Shown here piece by piece: positions 62,872 through 64,000 of a stretch of DNA of 64,000 bases. The position numbers and the translations under genes were made by a program. This stretch comes from the human T2T-CHM13v2.0 reference genome, Homo sapiens. Where the stretch lies: the NCBI RefSeq assembly GCF_009914755.1, contig NC_060929.1; one strand, written 5' to 3'. Position 1 is the first letter of the stretch; every line of letters starts with the position of its first letter. The notes below the pieces were generated by a model. The model saw only the letters and a list, made by a program, of their open reading frames with translations, was not told where the DNA came from and did no database searches.

Positions 62872-64000
62872 TAATTCAAACGTGTATATAGAGGAAGTCG
62901 TGTTTCACACTGATGATAAAGATGACATACGGACAGAAACATATACACACACATGCACACAGGCATGTTTAATGATCACTTCAACACACATCACCCACAG
63001 TAAAATTATAAAGTAGTTGTACAACAGGTTGACGTAACATCATCATATTAAAATGGCTATACTGTATGATGTTGAGGTGGTCATTAACAGAATCTGGAAT
63101 GTATCCACATTATAATTATGAACCACTTTCACAAAACCCTGCACTTATGAAGTGCTTAATCATCTTTTTGTTCTAACAGTCAATTCTTACCTGTGGATTC
63201 CTCACAGAAAAAGGAAATTTATGCCAGGTTGAAAACTCTCTTGAAGCTACCATGATTTTAGGCTACCAATCTCCTGCTGTCAGTAAAATGAATACAAATC
63301 AAATTTAATATAACAGACTCCACCAGAAAGGCGCATTTGCTATATAACACGTGTCTTCCAAAAGTAAGCGTGAAAAGTTTTGTATCTCCTGCACCACTGG
63401 TCTCCTTCACTGCTGTTTGCAATGGACAGTTGATGTTGTTAAATGTAATGTAATCTTACATTTTTAAAAGTCAGTAAAATAGGTCACTTTCTATTTAGGA
63501 AAAGGGAATTCTGAGCTTATAGTGATAATATGCTGAATTACTTTAAAAGAAATGCCAGTAATACCAAAACATAATGTTGTAAATAGATTAAATGCCTTTT
63601 CCTAAAACAAGTCCTCAAAGCTTTCTCCAAAACCACCAAAAACACAATTTTATCTTATTGACAGCTATTGTACTCCTGCAACTGTCAGGTCAATGTAGCA
63701 ATGAAATTAACCTTTATAGGATAATTATGTGATGTTTGTATCATGTTAAAACTACAGGCTACAACAACCCATAATTTATAAAATTGTACTGCATGTCAGT
63801 TCCTCCATTATATGTGATTTTTTTTTTAATTGCAGATCTACCATATGGCTTTGTGTTTAATACCATTAGCTTCAGCTACCTCAGAGCAGTATTATGTTTC
63901 AGCCATTCTAATCACTGTTTGGCCCATAGAAAAAAATTTATGTTGTTTTACAAATTGATCGAACTCCCACAGTAGGAAAAGACAAAGATGATATGTAATT

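Noticed and set aside
63030-63037. TGACGTAA CRE/ATF-like site
   Set aside because: It is a single 8-mer without supporting context.

Overview
This is primate DNA, most likely human. The whole window lies inside the minus-strand gene PLPP1 (PPAP2A, lipid phosphate phosphatase 1). Its only coding sequences are two paralogous, mutually exclusive second exons, 22620-22774 (155 nt) and 6959-7110 (152 nt), 15.5 kb apart. Exon 1 lies beyond the right edge and exon 3 beyond the left edge. Intron 1 carries a sense-oriented processed pseudogene of RNF138 (RNF138P1, about 60255-62581, 14-bp target-site duplication) and the MIR5687 hairpin (40501-40577). The rest is about 50 Alus plus L1, L2, MIR, LTR (MER31, MER21, LTR33) and DNA-transposon (MER3, MER30, MER6) relics. 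Almost all ORFs in the supplied track are Alu or low-complexity artefacts. The main leads are: (i) the splicing logic of the exon pair, including a frameshift/NMD safeguard, a shared upstream motif and a lone inverted Alu bracketing one exon; (ii) the retrocopy as an intronic poly(A) trap with a split RING and ZnF-UIM coding region; (iii) an AT-rich palindrome with alternative arms, a dispersed 200-bp duplication and several deletion scars. No wholly new biological system can be proven from sequence alone. Repeat subfamily calls and boundaries were made by eye from remembered consensus sequences and are approximate.
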